A stretch of 64,000 nt of DNA, from contig NIVC01000544.1 in the NCBI GenBank assembly GCA_002269645.1, forward strand, positions 434,001-498,000, written 5' to 3'. The notes below the pieces were generated by a model. That model was not told the origin of the DNA. It worked only from the letters and a program-made list of their open reading frames with translations, and made no database searches. The stretch comes from Macrostomum lignano (lineage: Eukaryota). The position numbers and the translations under genes are program-made. Position 1 is the first letter of the stretch. The number at the start of each line of letters is the position of its first letter. This document shows, one piece after another, positions 1-13,900 of this stretch.

Positions 1-874
1 GAAAGAGTTTTTTTATTACGAGTACGTTCCTTTAAATTAAACCATATACTCTGGATGACTCTTCATTTTTCTCCGTCTGATTTTATTGAAAGCGAACCTT
101 GCTATGTTGAATATCAAAATATATTGCCTGCTTGTAGCAATTGGAACTGCGCGTGTATTGCTAACACGACTTCTTGCTGAGATTTGCCCGTTTTTTATTT
201 TTTTCATAAAATGAGAATATCGGTGAGACATGAGAGTATCTGCGAAGTAGCTATGAGAATATCCGTTAAGTATGAGAATATCCGTCAAGTATGAAAATAT
301 GTGTCAAGTATGAAAATATCTGTCAGGTATGAGAATATCGGTGTACATGCGTGTGCATGAGTACGTGTGTATGTGTGCGTCTAATACAGGGCAATCTGTC
401 GTACTGCAATCAATTCTGCAAGGACCCAACGAAAAAAAGCATTGAAAAATTCTGTTGCATACCCCTTGTAGAGTTGCGATATTGGTTGGGTCAAAATTTA
501 TTTTAGCCATAATATAGATTTTATATATGGGTTATTTAAACTATTGCCAAGTGTTAGTTAACTTCAGCTCACAGATTAGGAGTGGTTAAACGGCTAACTT
601 TTTTTATGGCTATAGTTCTGCCATATTCAGATCGAGTCAGACCTTAAACACTGACTGCTAGATTTTAAAACTATTGAAAACCGTGACCGCTGCGATCGCA
701 GCTGCGACCACTTAATAACCAATCCAGAGTCGTTAAAAAATAGCATTTGGAAAAGAAATTGAACTGTTTGGCATTGGGAAAACTTTGAATTGTGAATTTC
801 CATAATTTTAAAACTAAGTACGAGTTATGAGTTATTGATTTAGTTGGGGTTATTTATTTTTAGTTTGTGCATCC

Positions 875-1165
875 CATGATCCGGAATACCCCCATCCGGA
901 ATATCCCACCTGGAATATCACATCCGGAATACTCTATCCTGAATATCCCATCCGGAATACTCCATCCTGAATATCCCATCCGGAATATCCCATTTGGAAT
1001 ATCCCATCTGGAATATCCCATCCGGAATATCCCATCCTGAATATCCCATCCGGAATACTCCATCCTGAATATCCGATCCGGAATATCCCATCAGACTATC
1101 CGATCACCCGAAATACCTCACCCAGAATACTCCATCCGGAATACCACATCCAGAATGTACCATCT
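875..1165. repeat. ~14-15-bp degenerate tandem repeat (CCGGAATATCCCAT)
   Basis: Unit visibly repeated many times; explains the spurious ORF 860-1063. Confidence 0.9.
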
Positions 1166-2029
1166 GAAATCATTCCATGAATGGGAATAGCCTATGGAGT
1201 ATGAAAAAAAGAAATTAATTAAAATTTATGCTTTTTGCGCAACGCAAACTTGCGCTACGTCTGAGTCTATTGATCCCTACGTCTCACTCAGAGTCTCTCT
1301 TCATTCAGTTCCTCATTCTTATCTGTCTTTGAGCTGTTTATTGCTCAATTTTTGTGCTGCTACTTTCCTGGCTGAAGCTTGTCATTGTTTCTCAATTCAT
1401 TGTTTCCACTATTTTTAGGTCGTAGTTTTTAGTCAACTAACTACTATGCTATATAGACTACAACTATTCAGTAACTATGCTCAGCAGATCTCAGCAGTCG
1501 TCGTCGTGGAATACTTTTAGATCCGGGATCTGGATTGGCCGACTGACGCTTCGCTTTGACAGGGAGGAGAGGGAGAGAGAGGAATAGAGGATGAATGGGA
1601 GAGAGGGAGAGAGAGGGAGGATGGACAGAGAGGAAGCCTGGCCCTAATAAATAATTAATTAACCATAAAGCAGTGGCAATTGCATGCATGGCTGTGGCGA
1701 TGCAGGACTGGGCTGCCTGATACCATACATAGCTGGTCACTGCGCCGGCACGTATTTTCGTATTCCTACGATTTTATCCAATTGAAGGTAAAGTTCTGCC
1801 CATCATATATATTGTCTATTAACTCATTGGAATCAGCTTCTACAGTCTTATATAATGCTGCATCCGTGATCAGTATTTAGAGCTGAGTTGTCTGTCTGCA
1901 GTTGGGTCCATTCTAGTAAAGTACATGTACATGAGCAAGGCTCAGTGATCTTGAAACATCGTGTAACTTTGCCAATTTCGGCCAGCAGTTATAAAAATTA
2001 GCGAGCGAAAACTTATAGCTAGCTTGGAA

Positions 2030-2310
2030 GAATCTCTTGGATGAGTCGATAGAAATGTACTTGGAAAAGTCTCTAAAAGAGTCCCTCGATGTGTCCCTGG
2101 AACAGTCCTTAGAGGAGACTCCAAAGAGTCCTTAGAAGGTTTCCTAAAAAAGTCTCTAGATGTGTCCCTAGATGTGTCCTTAGATGTTTTCCTCGAAGTG
2201 TCCTTAGATGTGTCCCTATAGAAGAGTCCCTAGAAGAGTTCCTAGAAAAGTCCCTAGATGTATGCCTACATGAGTCCCTAGACACCCCGAAGTGTCCCTA
2301 GATGTGTCAC
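2030..2310. repeat. ~12-bp degenerate tandem repeat (AGAGTCCCTAGA / ATGTGTCCCTAG)
   Basis: Recurrent CCCTAG/CCTTAG cores with variable 5' halves. Confidence 0.8.
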
Positions 2311-3361
2311 CTAGCAGAATCTGCAGTTTTGCTAGATGCGAGATTGCACTGAGAAGAAGAAGCCAAAAGTATTGCTATTAATACCATACAGGTGCGGTTA
2401 AACTCAAATTGATAGATTGATTTTATTACCAAATTTATTTTTTAACAACTGGCCAAAACATCCAATATAAAAATTAGTCAGAGCCTCTCCCCATTACGCT
2501 GCCCCACCCCCTCCCAAAACCTGTTGTTTGTCGGTGGAATGTCGGCATGAGAAAGGCTGTTTGAAAAAAAACCTTGGGGGGGGAGTTTCTGGGGTTCTCC
2601 GGCTGAGGTGAAGTGAGGGTTTGTTTCCCGCTTCCTGCTTCTGTTTCTGCTCCGCACTTGCTGCTTTGCGTCTGCCGCTGGACCCTCGGCGTTTTTTCTC
2701 CGTCTCTCCGTCTCTCTCTCCCTCCACTCCTTCCCACCCCCTGGGCATTGGCAACGAGAAAGGGAATCCAATAAGATAGCTGTGGCGCAACTCACAGAGA
2801 CCCCAAAATGCGCTCACCCAAATACGCTCGCGCTCGCTCACTCAGTCAGTCACTCACACAGACAGGCACAGCGGTGTAGCATTGGAAGAGAGGGGAAGAC
2901 TCCAAAAAACTTCAACAGAAGAGGAGCTGAGCTGGACCAAGCCAGCCCCCCATCACCAACCTCCCCTGAGCTTCTATCCATCTGAGTCCTGTCTTTCTGT
3001 CTATCAGTCTATCGAGATCCGTTGACACGGGGACTGGACATAATAACCATTCATCGCGGCGCCTTTCCGTCACTCCCTCTTTCTTGTAGATAAAGCCCTT
3101 AGTTAACAAGAAGCCGGAACCGAGTGGCTAACGATCTAGAGAGACCGTTGTAAACTTCGATAACTCTACCTAAAGAATACCTGCTCTCTGAAGATTCTTT
3201 TAATTAGGTGCAGAAAGAGCCCGTGTAACTTGTTTTTGCTTTTAATGATGCACTTGTCTGTTACTTGGATCTGCAAGTTTCTGTTTGTCTCAACTCTCTC
3301 AGTTGCACTGGCCATTGGTAAGTTGTTGGAAATATTTTTAAATATTTAGTATAGAAGTTGA

Positions 3362-4170
3362 GAATATTTAGCTGAGAAGAGACATGAGGGAGGAGAGAAG
3401 AGAGCTAAGACGTGAGAGAGGAGAGAAGAGAGCTGAGAAGAGACATACGGGAGGAGAGAAGAGAGCTGAGAAGAGACATGAGAGAAGATAGAAGGGAGCT
3501 GAGAAGATACATCAGAGAGGAAATAAGAAAGCTGAGAATAGACATGACAGAGGAGAGAAGAGAGCTGAGAAGAGATATGAGATAGGAGAGAAGAGAGCTG
3601 AGAAGAGACATGAGAGAGAAGAGAAGAGAGCTGAGAAGAGATATGAGATAGGAGAGAAGAGAGCTGATAAGAGACATGAGAGAGAAGAGAAGAGAGCTGA
3701 GAAGAGATATGAGATAGGAGAGAAGAGAGCTGAGAAGAGACATGAGAGAGGATAGAAGAGAGCTGAGAAGAGATATGAGATAGGAGAGAAGAGAGCTGAG
3801 AAGAGACATGAGAGAGGATAGAAGAGAGCTGAGAAGAGGGACATGAGAGAGGAGATAAGAGAGCTGAGAAGAGAGCTGAGAAGAGACATGAGAGAGAAGA
3901 GAAGAGAGCTGAGAAGAGATATGAGATAGGAGAGAAGAGAGCTGAGAAGAGACATGATGGATAGAAGAGAGCTGAGAAGAGGGACATGAGAGAGGAGAGA
4001 AGAGAGCTGAGAAGAGACAGGAGAGAGGAAAGAAGAGAGATGAGAAGAGGGACATGAGAGAGGAGATAAGAGAGCTGAGAAGAGACATGAGAGATGATAG
4101 AAGAGAGCTGAGAAGAGACAGGAGAGAGGAAAGAAGAGAGATGAGAAGAGGGACATGAGAGAGGAGAGAA
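3362..4170 (+). repeat. GA-rich ~33-bp minisatellite (GAGAGCTGAGAAGAGACATGAGAGAGGAGAGAA)
   Basis: Direct tandem units; yields S/L-rich spurious ORFs on the minus strand. Confidence 0.95.
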
Positions 4171-4246
4171 GGGATATCGAACAATGAGCATGCCGGATTG
4201 CTATTGTAAAGTTTCGAAGGACCCGAGGGCCTGATAGAGAGTCTTT

Positions 4247-4271
4247 GCGGGCCGCAGTTTGCCGACCCCTG
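4247..4271 (-). mobile_element. Isolated hAT (Charlie-like) terminal sequence
   Basis: Minus strand reads CAGGGGTCGGCAAACTGCGGCCCGC, typical of hAT/Charlie termini; the partner end and TSD were not found. Confidence 0.45.
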
Positions 4272-4904
4272 GTCGATACGTAGCTATTTAAAGCTATTTT
4301 TAAATTTGCTTAACTTCTACTGCTTCAATTAAGTAGTCTATTAGCATATGAAATCAATAAATTAAAACAATTTTGTTTATAAAATCCATTATAGCTTTTA
4401 TCCTTGACCGAAATTGATTTTTTGACGTAATTTCCTCTCCAGATTGAATGACTTGTACGCCATGGTCTTATTAGTAATTATCGAGAACTTCGTTAACTGG
4501 AAAATTGTTCTTATCCTATACTTGCAGCAGCTCCAAGCACCAGATGAATGCGTCTTGGCGGAAGCTATTATTATAAGGCAGTGAGGGTTGCGCCATGCTT
4601 ATATAAGAGAATATCTTACACCAACTTCTCTCTCAGCTGTATGTTTATGCTCCGAGAGCTTGGAACTTGCTTATAACACCGCTGCTAAGGCTACCCCCAA
4701 CCCCTATGCTGCATTTTCTGCTCTTCTTCTCTCTCTAATAACAATATCTTGCCTTGAGGGGGGAATTTGCAGCGGCTATTATAGCTATCCCCAATCTTGG
4801 CCCTCATGAACCGTGCATGGACCCCTGGAGAACTTGGATTGGAAACAGGCACTCGATGGACAATGTTGATGAAGTTATATGAAGTTTGGGTTCAATAAAT
4901 TTTA

Positions 4905-5220
4905 TGTCCTATGAAGTTTAGGTCATATGAAGTTTAGGTCATATGAAGTTTAGGTCATATGAAGTTTAGGTCATACGAAGTTTAGGTCATATGAAGTTTA
5001 GGTCATATGAAGTTTAGGTCATATGAAGTTTAGGTCATATGAAGTTTAGGTCATATGAAGTTTAGGTCATATGAAGTTTAGGTCCTTTGAAGTAAGGTCC
5101 TATGAAGTTTAGGTCCTATCAAGTTAAGTCCTATCAATTTTAGGTCTTATGAAATCTAAGTCCTATGTAGTTTAGGTCCTATGTAGTTTAGGTCCTATGA
5201 AATTTAGGTTCCTTTGAAGT
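4905..5220. repeat. 16-bp minisatellite (TATGAAGTTTAGGTCA)
   Basis: Near-perfect central copies, degenerating at both ends. Confidence 0.95.
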
Positions 5221-5899
5221 TTAGGCCAGCACCAAGGGGCATCAGCACCAAGGGCCATGGACCCCCTCCAATTCTGGCTATGCCCATGAAGAACGTAGAT
5301 ACGAGCCGTACTCAAAAGTTCGTATTCATGCTGAAGTAATAGCATAAAGAGATTAGTGAGCAGGACTTCAACCAATTTGTTTTGAACATTGCCTCTCTGG
5401 ATCTCTAAGCCAGAATTTTTGTCATACTTGTACGGAGAATCATGTTGACAGTTGCACTTATTTGGATTTTTATTTATATAGTTTTAGATTTTGGTTTGTC
5501 TACAAATGTGAAATATGAGTAGCTATAGACTTTTGTTTGGATTTCGATTTATTTAACCTAGGAATATTCTTGCTTTGTGTCCGTAGAATATTTTTCAGTG
5601 GAAATATTTATCACGAACTTGCACTATAATTTTTCACACTAAGAAGTTCCTTATGCTCTAAAGATAATCATTTCACACTATACTTAAGTAGGCTTGACAA
5701 TTTTCAAATTGTGAAAGGTTGAGAATTGTGAAGCCGCTTATTTCGCAATCTCAAGATGCTCTCGAACGAAGAATTTCTATTCAATGCCAATGTCAATAGA
5801 GTCGTTCAGTTACAATAATTTCTTGTTGAAATTCTTGTCGCTCAAAATTTTTATTGCCTGCCGCTCTGATGCGATCAAAGCTTAATCCCAAAATCGATA

Positions 5900-6240
5900 G
5901 TGTTGGATCAGTCTCATAGATACAGTGTATGTGGGATCATTTTTATCTATAAAGTATGGGATCACTCTCATTGATACAGTGTGGGATCAGTCTCATTAAT
6001 GTAGTGTGGGATCGGTCTCATAAATACAGTGTGGGATCAGTCTTATAGACACAATGTGGGATCAGTCTTATAGACACAATGTGGGATCAGTCTCATAGAT
6101 ACAGTGTGGGATCAGTCTTATAGACACAATGTGGGATCAGTCTTATAGACACAATGTGGGATCATTCTTATTGATAAAGTGTGGGATCACTCTCATAGAT
6201 ACAGTGTGGGAACATTCAAATGCATGCATACATTGTGGGA
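5900..6240. repeat. ~25-bp minisatellite (GTGTGGGATCAGTCTCATAGATACA)
   Basis: Tandem units visible directly. Confidence 0.9.
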
Positions 6241-6274
6241 TCACGTTTAAACAATAGAGAACATGTTATGACTT

Positions 6275-6757
6275 TTTTCTCTCCTGTCTCTTCTCAGCTC
6301 TCTTCTTTCCTCTCTCATGTCTCTTCTCAGCTCTCTTCTTTCCTCTCACATGTCTCTTCTCAGCTCTCTTCTTTCCTCTCTCATTTCTCTTCTCATTTCT
6401 CTTCTCTTCTCTCTCATGTCTCTTCTCAGCTCTCTTTACTCCTCTCTCATGTCTCTTCTCAGCTCTCTTCTATCCTCTCTCATGTCTCTTCTCAGCTCTC
6501 TTCTTTCCTCTCACATGTCTCTTCTCAGCTCTCTTCTTTCCTCTCTTATTTCTCTTCTTAGCTCTCTTCTCTTCTCTCTCATGTCTCTTCTCAGCTCTCT
6601 TCTTTCCTCTCACATGTCTCTTCTCAGCTCTCTTCTATCCTCTCTCATTTCTCTTCTCAGCTCTCTTCTCTTCTCTCTCATGTCTCTTCTCAGCTCTCTT
6701 CTCTTCTCTCTCATGTCTCTTCTCACTCTTCTATCCTCTCTTATGTCTCTTCCCAGC
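6275..6757 (-). repeat. CT-rich ~33-bp minisatellite, reverse complement of the 3362-4170 array
   Basis: Units CTCTCATGTCTCTTCTCAGCTCTCTTCT are the reverse complement of the left array; outer flank CAGCTAAATATT-TCAA-TT is also shared. Confidence 0.95.
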
Positions 6758-7958
6758 TAAATATTATCAAATTCTTAATATGATCTCAATTTGACATTTT
6801 GTGCTAAGTCATTTTAATTTTTTACCAATTTTTCTTCTATAATTTAGTAACTATGAAAATTGTGCTTCATAAAGATTGTCCTCCAAAGTCATAGCTGCCT
6901 TTTTTCTCGCTCTCCCATTGAGCCCAGTCTAGTAAGCCAGTTCGCATATAGTAGTCTGCCAATCTTGTCAATACGCGAAACCAACTATACACCTTCACCT
7001 ATATATTTGGTACTACTTAAGTAGCAAGCTTCATCTGGGAAGCTGCTGCATAATTGTGCGTGTGGCATATAGTCAGTGAGTTCTCTGCTGTAATAAGTAT
7101 CCTCACTCAACCCAGTGTACTCACCTCAGCATCTTTACCAGCCAATAAACTGTGACAGATGGTTCAGAGAATATTGAAATAAATTAGTTCGGGCCAATTT
7201 TTTGTCAACTAATTCGTCCACGAGGGGAGGGGAGCCGAGGGGTTATTGATAAATTTCCAGTTTACGGGAACGATTTATCTTATCTTATCTATGTGAATTG
7301 GCTTAATTATAGTTTTTTGCTTTTACAGTCACCGTAATTACATTTAACTATATATATATATATATAGGCTATTATATATCTATTATATATTATGATAATT
7401 AGGTGCGATAATTGCATAACCGTTTGCTAAGGTGTGAGTGAGCGGAGAGGAAGGTGTGAAACGGTTGCAGATTTTAGAATTGGACGAGAGAACCAGAACA
7501 GAACAGAGAGGAGAGGAAAGGAGACCCCCAAGGGAGGTGAACCAGTAAGAGGTGACTTAGACAGACCTTCATCTTGAGCCATTCAGGTGAAAAAAGGCTT
7601 TTGGTAAGAGACCTAAACCCTAGGCTTGCTAAGGGTGGGCTTTTCCAGGTAAGAGTTGTGTATGTGTGGGTTGGGGGAGAGGTAGAGAGAAAGTAGATGG
7701 ATGGATGGATCAGTCACAAGGTGAAGTCACGAGAGCAAAATCCCCCCATCTGCTCCCCGTCTCTCTTCTTTCCTTCGCCATTCAACTATACGGAAGGCGA
7801 GGCATCCCGCCCGACCACCTCAATTCCCTCATCAGGAATGGCCAATTGTTTTTAAAAAAACCTTACCGAGCCCCGCCCGGGCCGTCTGTTGGTTTCTCAT
7901 ATCCTGTCTTAACCGCAGCGCGAGGCCTAGCATATCCCGAGAAATATTCACTCCAACA

Positions 7959-10900
7959 ATGGTTATTTGCATAGTTTTGTTTCTACAACTGGCACGCGTT
8001 GTTGCCGACTCGAAATTCGAGTTGACAGAAGCTAAAACCAGAAATTCACCAATCGACGCGAGTTTGTTACCATTCGATCAGGCACCCGGTGCTCTGGTAA
8101 AAATTGGCCACCGATTTTTTCTTGTAGAGGATGGCAGCGGTTGCACAACCCCGGGCAGCCCGTGCCCGGTGCCGCGTGGCGGAGTGTGCACCACGAAAGA
8201 GTCCAAGCTAGCCTGCGATTGTCCAGCCTCGCAGACAATTGTGCAGCACGCCTCTGGGAAAGTCTGCCAGACTAGTGAGTGGTCCTTGTTTTTAGGATCG
8301 ATTTATTTGCTGCGTCGTGTGATATTGCATGTTTTTAGTGTAGAATGGTGCAAATTCAATGTAGACTTAGTGTGTATCGGTTTGGAATTTGTTAACTCGG
8401 TCTAGAATTTGTTAATTCGTTGTAGAATTTGATAATTCGTTGTAGACTTTGTTAATTCGTTGTAGACTTTGTTAATTTGTTGTAGACTTTGTTAATTCGT
8501 TGTAGAATTAGTTAATTTTTTGTAGAAATTAGTAATTCGTAGTAGAATTTGTTAATTCGTTGTAGACTTTGTTAATTCGTTGTAGAATTTGTTAATTCGT
8601 TGTAGAATTTGTTAATTCGTTGTAGAATTTGTTAATTCGTTGTAGAATTTGTTAATTCGTTGTAGAATTTGTTAATTCTTTGTAGACTTTGTTAATTCGT
8701 TGTAGAATTTGTTAATTCGTTGTAGAATTAGTTAATTCGTTGTAGAATTAGTTAATTCGTTGTAGAATTTGTTAATTCGTTGTAGAATTTGTTAATTTTT
8801 TGTAGAAATTGGTAATTCGTTGTAGAATTTGTTAATTCGTTGTAGACTTTGTTAATTCGTTGTATAATTTGTTAATTTGTTGTAGACTGTTAATTCGTTG
8901 TAGAATTTGTTAATTTGTCGTAGAATTTGTTAATTCGTTACAAAAAATATGTTTAATGTATAATTTTGATTCGTTGTAGAATTTTGTACGCGCTCGTAAT
9001 TCGTGATTAAATAAAATTATTTTTTCTTTCAAGGGGGCAATGTCAAAACGCATCTACTGGGGTAAATAAAACAAGAGGATATTAGTTGCTACTAATCAAA
9101 ACGATTCGCTCTAAACACTTCTCTACTTCAGGAAAAGTTCAAATCATCGAAAGGATTTTAACTGGCGCCGCTAAGACGGGCTATATAGCTAAACTCAATT
9201 TTAATAGCTATTACATGTTGCATTTTTGAGCCTATTTTTAGCAAACCCATTCTCCTACAATGTCGGCAATCGATAGTTTTGTGCCAGTGAAAAACGTGGA
9301 AAGCTTAATGGAAGTTTGCTAGCTACAAATTCAAACTAAAGCACTGGATAGATTTGTCTAAAACATGTAGTCTTGGGACCGAAATAGACGAAGAAGACAG
9401 AGATCAAACTCCCACGGGTTGACTGGTGGGCAGCTTGAATTGGTTTGACAATAAGCGCGTGGAGGGCCGCAGCAGCTCAGCGATAAACGCGTCTGACTCT
9501 CGCGCCACGACTCCAGCTGGCCAAAGGGGGTTGTCGTGTTGATTCACACTCATGAAGGCCAACCCCCCAAAGCACACAGAGTGTAGGAGCGTACATGCTT
9601 AGCGATTAAAAATTCAGGACCACCGTACACCCTGTGTGAGCGTGTGCATGAGTGCGTGCCTGCGTACAGTATTGGCGCACTTGTATGCTGCTCAGGAGTC
9701 AGCGGAATGGCCAGCATGTTGCCGAAAGCACTTCACTAGGGTGTCCAAAATCCTGCGATTATTTTTGTTAAGATGCGTTGATCTTGTTATAATGAATCAG
9801 GAACACTATCAGATCAGGGATCAGGAGAACACAGATCAGCATTCAGATGTACGAATTTAAACGGATGTATTAATCTATCCTACTTATAAACCTTTCAGAG
9901 CTGCTGGACATTCCATGCGGTCGGGATCGCGAGTGCGAGATGGTTAAGAACAGCGTGTGCACTCTGTACGAGGCTCGCTGCGTCTGCGAAGCCAACTTTG
10001 TGTACGCACCGCACAGACACCAGTGCAGTGAGTCGATCAGTTGTTCTTGTCCAGGGGCTCGGCGTTTCCAGGATTTTTATGAACTCTCCGTGATCCCTGT
10101 GTGACCTCTTTTTGTGACCTCTGTGGGATCTCTGTGTGATCTCTGTGTGTGATATCTGTTTGTGATCTCTCTGTGTGATCTAGCTGTGTGATCTCTATGT
10201 GTGATCTCGCTGTGTGATCTCTCTGTGTGTGATCTCTGTGTGATCTCTCTGTGTGTGATCTCTGTGTGATCTCTCTGTGTGATCTCGCTGTGTGATCTCT
10301 GTGTGATCTCTGTGTGTGATCTCTGTGTGATCTCTGTGTGATCTCTGTGTGTGATCTCTCTGTGTGATCTTGCTGTGTGATCTCTCTGTGTGTGATCTTT
10401 GTGTGATCTCTCTGTGTATGATCTCTCTGTGTGATCTAGCTGTGTGATCTCTCTGTGTGTGCTCTCTGTGAGTGATTTCTGTGTGATCTCTACATGATCT
10501 TACTATGACCCTAAGAAATTTTTCGAGAATATTTTTCTTATGTTATTATTTGTCAACAATAATTAAAGCAATTAGGAATTTACCAACCGAAGCCGCTGTC
10601 CTACTTATTTTTCTGCTTTGTTCACCATCGATTTGAAGAGAAATCTATACTAATCCCAAATCCGTATTTTTCAGTCTTTCTCACAGATTGCCAGAAGCAA
10701 AGCTAGAAGAAATTTTTTTGAGCAGAATGAAATTAGGTCCAACACACGCCTAACAATCGATTGATGAATTATGCACAGCCGTTGGCTTCATTATCTGCAA
10801 CAATGCGGGCCCCGGGCTTGTAAACTTGTTATTTCCCTCCGCCTCATACAGACAGATAGTACCAGTAGTTCCTACATATGGCCCAGGAGAGCAACTCGGT

Positions 10901-13900
10901 TTGCCTGCAAGTCTCCAAATCGCTCATTGCAGAGCCGATCTACAACAGCGGACGGGACCATCAATACTGCAAGTTCTGCTCAGAGGAAGGCGGCGTCTGC
11001 TTCAAAGAAGAGGACCTGTCCGAGTGAGACCGCTATCCCCAGCAGAGTCCTTCAATATTGGGGATCATTGATTTCCGTGCTCCATCTTGAAAGTTCACTT
11101 CTCCTCTCTTCCTCAAGTCTTTTTTTTCAATCCTTTCCTTCAAACACACGCCGCGGCAGTTGCAGCAGCATAGTGCATGTCTTCTTTTCAAATCAGGACC
11201 GACAGTTCCTACCTGTTTAAGCAGAGAGCATCTAAGATTCTGCTTTGTTTTAAAAATTACCACAATTTTTTGCTACAAAAAATTAATTGACTGGCAGTGA
11301 GGCGCTTGGGTCATAAAACTGCATCCTAATTTTGCAAACATTTTAAGTAGCTGCCCATTCCTAGCCTTTAATGGCGTTGTAAACTTGTAAAAAAGGACTG
11401 TTTTCTCGGATCTTCTGGACAGAGTTCATCTGAGCTGGGTGCATGTTCAGGTCGCAAAGTCGTTGGCTAGGTCTTTTATGACGCCGCTGTTTTGAAGAAA
11501 AAACGTTGAACTTAGTTTTTTTACTTTTGTAACTACATCCTATATGAAGCATTGTTGCTTCTGAGCGTATCGTGGAACCCCAGCTTCCTCTATCAGTCAT
11601 GTCATGGAATCGTGCATCTAAGAGAGTCTATAGGACCTCTGCAGCTTCCTCAATCAGTCATCTCATGGAATCGTCCATCCAAGATTGACTATAGGACCCC
11701 TGCAGCTTCCTCTATCAGTCATGTCATGGAATCGCCCATCCAAGATTGACTATAGGACCCCTGCAGCTTCCTCTATCAGTCATGTCATGGAATCGCCCAT
11801 CCAAGATTGACTATAGGACCCCTGCAGCTTCCTCCATCAGTCATGTCATGGAATCGTCCATCCAAGATTGACTATAGGACCCCTGCAGCTTCCTCAATCA
11901 GTCATGTCATGGAATCGTCCATCCAAGATTGACTATAGGACCCCTGCAGCTTCCTCCATCAGTCATGTCATGGAATCGTCCATCCAAGATTGACTATAGG
12001 ACCCCTGCAGCTTCCTCAATCAGTCATGTCATGGAATCGTCCATCCAAGATTGACTATAGGACCCCTGCAGCTTCCTCAATCAGTCATGTCATGGAATCG
12101 TCCATCCAAGATTGACTATAGGACCCCTGCAGCTTCCTCCATCAGTCATGTCATGGAATCGTCCATCCAAGATTGACTATAGGACCCCTGCAGCTTCCTC
12201 AATCAGTCATGTCATGGAATCGTCCATCCAAGATTGACTATAGGACCCCTGCAGCTTCCTCAATCAGTCATGTCATGGAATCGTCCATCCAAGATTGACT
12301 ATAGGACCCCTGCAGCTTCCTCAATCAGTCATGTCATGGAATCGCCCATCCAAGATTGACTATAGGACCCCTGCAGCTTCCTCTATCAGTCATGTCATGA
12401 ATCGTCCATCCAAGATTGACTATAGGACCCCTGCAGCTTCCTCAATCAGTCATGTCATGGAATCGTCCATCCAAGATTGACTATAGGACCCCTGCAGCTT
12501 CCTCAATCAGTCATGTCATGGAATCGTCCATCCAAGATTGACTATAGGACCCCTGCAGCTTCCTCAATCAGTCATGTCATGGAATCGTCCATCCAAGATT
12601 GACTATAGGACCCCTGCAGCTTCCTCAATCAGTCATGTCATGGAATCGCCCATCCAAGATTGACTATAGGACCCCTGCAGCTTCCTCTATCAGTCATGTC
12701 ATGAATCGTCCATCCAAGATTGACTATAGGACCCCTGCAGCTTCCTCCATCAGTCATGTCATGGAATCGTCCATCCAAGATTGACTATAGGACCCCTGCA
12801 GCTTCCTCAATCAGTCATGTCATGGAATCGTCCATCCAAGATTGACTATAGGACCCCTGCAGCTTCCTCAATCAGTCATGGAATCGTCCATCTAAGAGAG
12901 TCTATAGGACCCCAGCTTGCTCTGTCTATCAGGACCAAGAGTGCCCATATTTTACTTACAGCTCAAGAACTGACGGAAAGTTAAATTTTCTTCTTAAGGT
13001 TCAAAAGAGCCGCAGTCTGATGCATGATACTATGGTCAAAGTTTTAAGTTTCCCAGCTGATTGTTAACTAACCGGTTCTGAACACTACTGGATTAAATTT
13101 CTAGTAGTTTTTGAAAGAAGTGGACCCAAGTTCTCGGCATCCAGTAGGTATAGGAGTTCTAAAACTGACCTCAAATTAGCACTTGTGCCCGGGGCTCAAA
13201 CACTAAACCAAGCCTGACCAAGCTCACGCTTCTTCGCAGATTCCTCTTTCGCGACTTTAATTTTCAAAACTTTTCTTACCACGGGGAGATTCTGTTTCCT
13301 CTCTGTAAAATTACTCCTGTTGCTGGTGCCGCCTTCTGCTTGACAAAAAAACTTTTTTTCTCTTCCCCTCTTCTGGTTGCCCGATCTGAGCAGCATCTCA
13401 AGTAGCCCCATCGTAGTGGCGGAGCTGAATTTTAATTGAATGTTTGTCGCGAGGATTGCTCGAGTGAAAGTTCTAGATGTCGGTCGTAGAGGAAGACGGT
13501 AGCTGCTCTACACAGCAAACCTTAAGTTCTAAATAAATTTTGAGTTGGTTTTAGACGGTAGATAAGCAATCCACACCTTAATAGTTGCTGTTTGGCTAGA
13601 CTAGCAATCCAATCAATTCAAACCAGGAGCAACGGCCCGCTGCTGACAGAAGACGGCTCGACTTTTCGACTCAGCTGCTCGTGTCCGGATAATCGCGGTG
13701 TTCCTCGGCACTCGGGCGGCTCGGACCATTGGGGCCGCCCAGTGTGCTCAACTAAACTGCGTAAGTAGCGCCGCAGGGGCTCTGATCCACTCTCTACTCC
13801 TCTAGTTAATCCCCATCTACTCAGCTAATTAATTCTCCCCTGTTCCTCAGGTGTTTGATCCACTCTCTACTCTAACGTACTATAATACAATTCGCTCTCT

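Noticed and set aside
2800-3150. LTR-like segment with a possible primer-binding site
   Set aside because: No second LTR, no TG...CA pair, and no TGG-starting PBS adjacent to a plausible LTR end.
3346-6760. S/L-rich ORFs of 113-281 aa
   Set aside because: Translations of the GA/CT minisatellite in all frames.
9034-9061. 28-nt candidate ZP micro-exon
   Set aside because: AG/GT sites are present but 28 nt breaks the phase 1-1 join between exon 1 and 9899.
11570-12910. Regular 61-bp array as a possible CRISPR
   Set aside because: Units are contiguous with no unique spacers, no cas genes, and the context is a eukaryotic intron.
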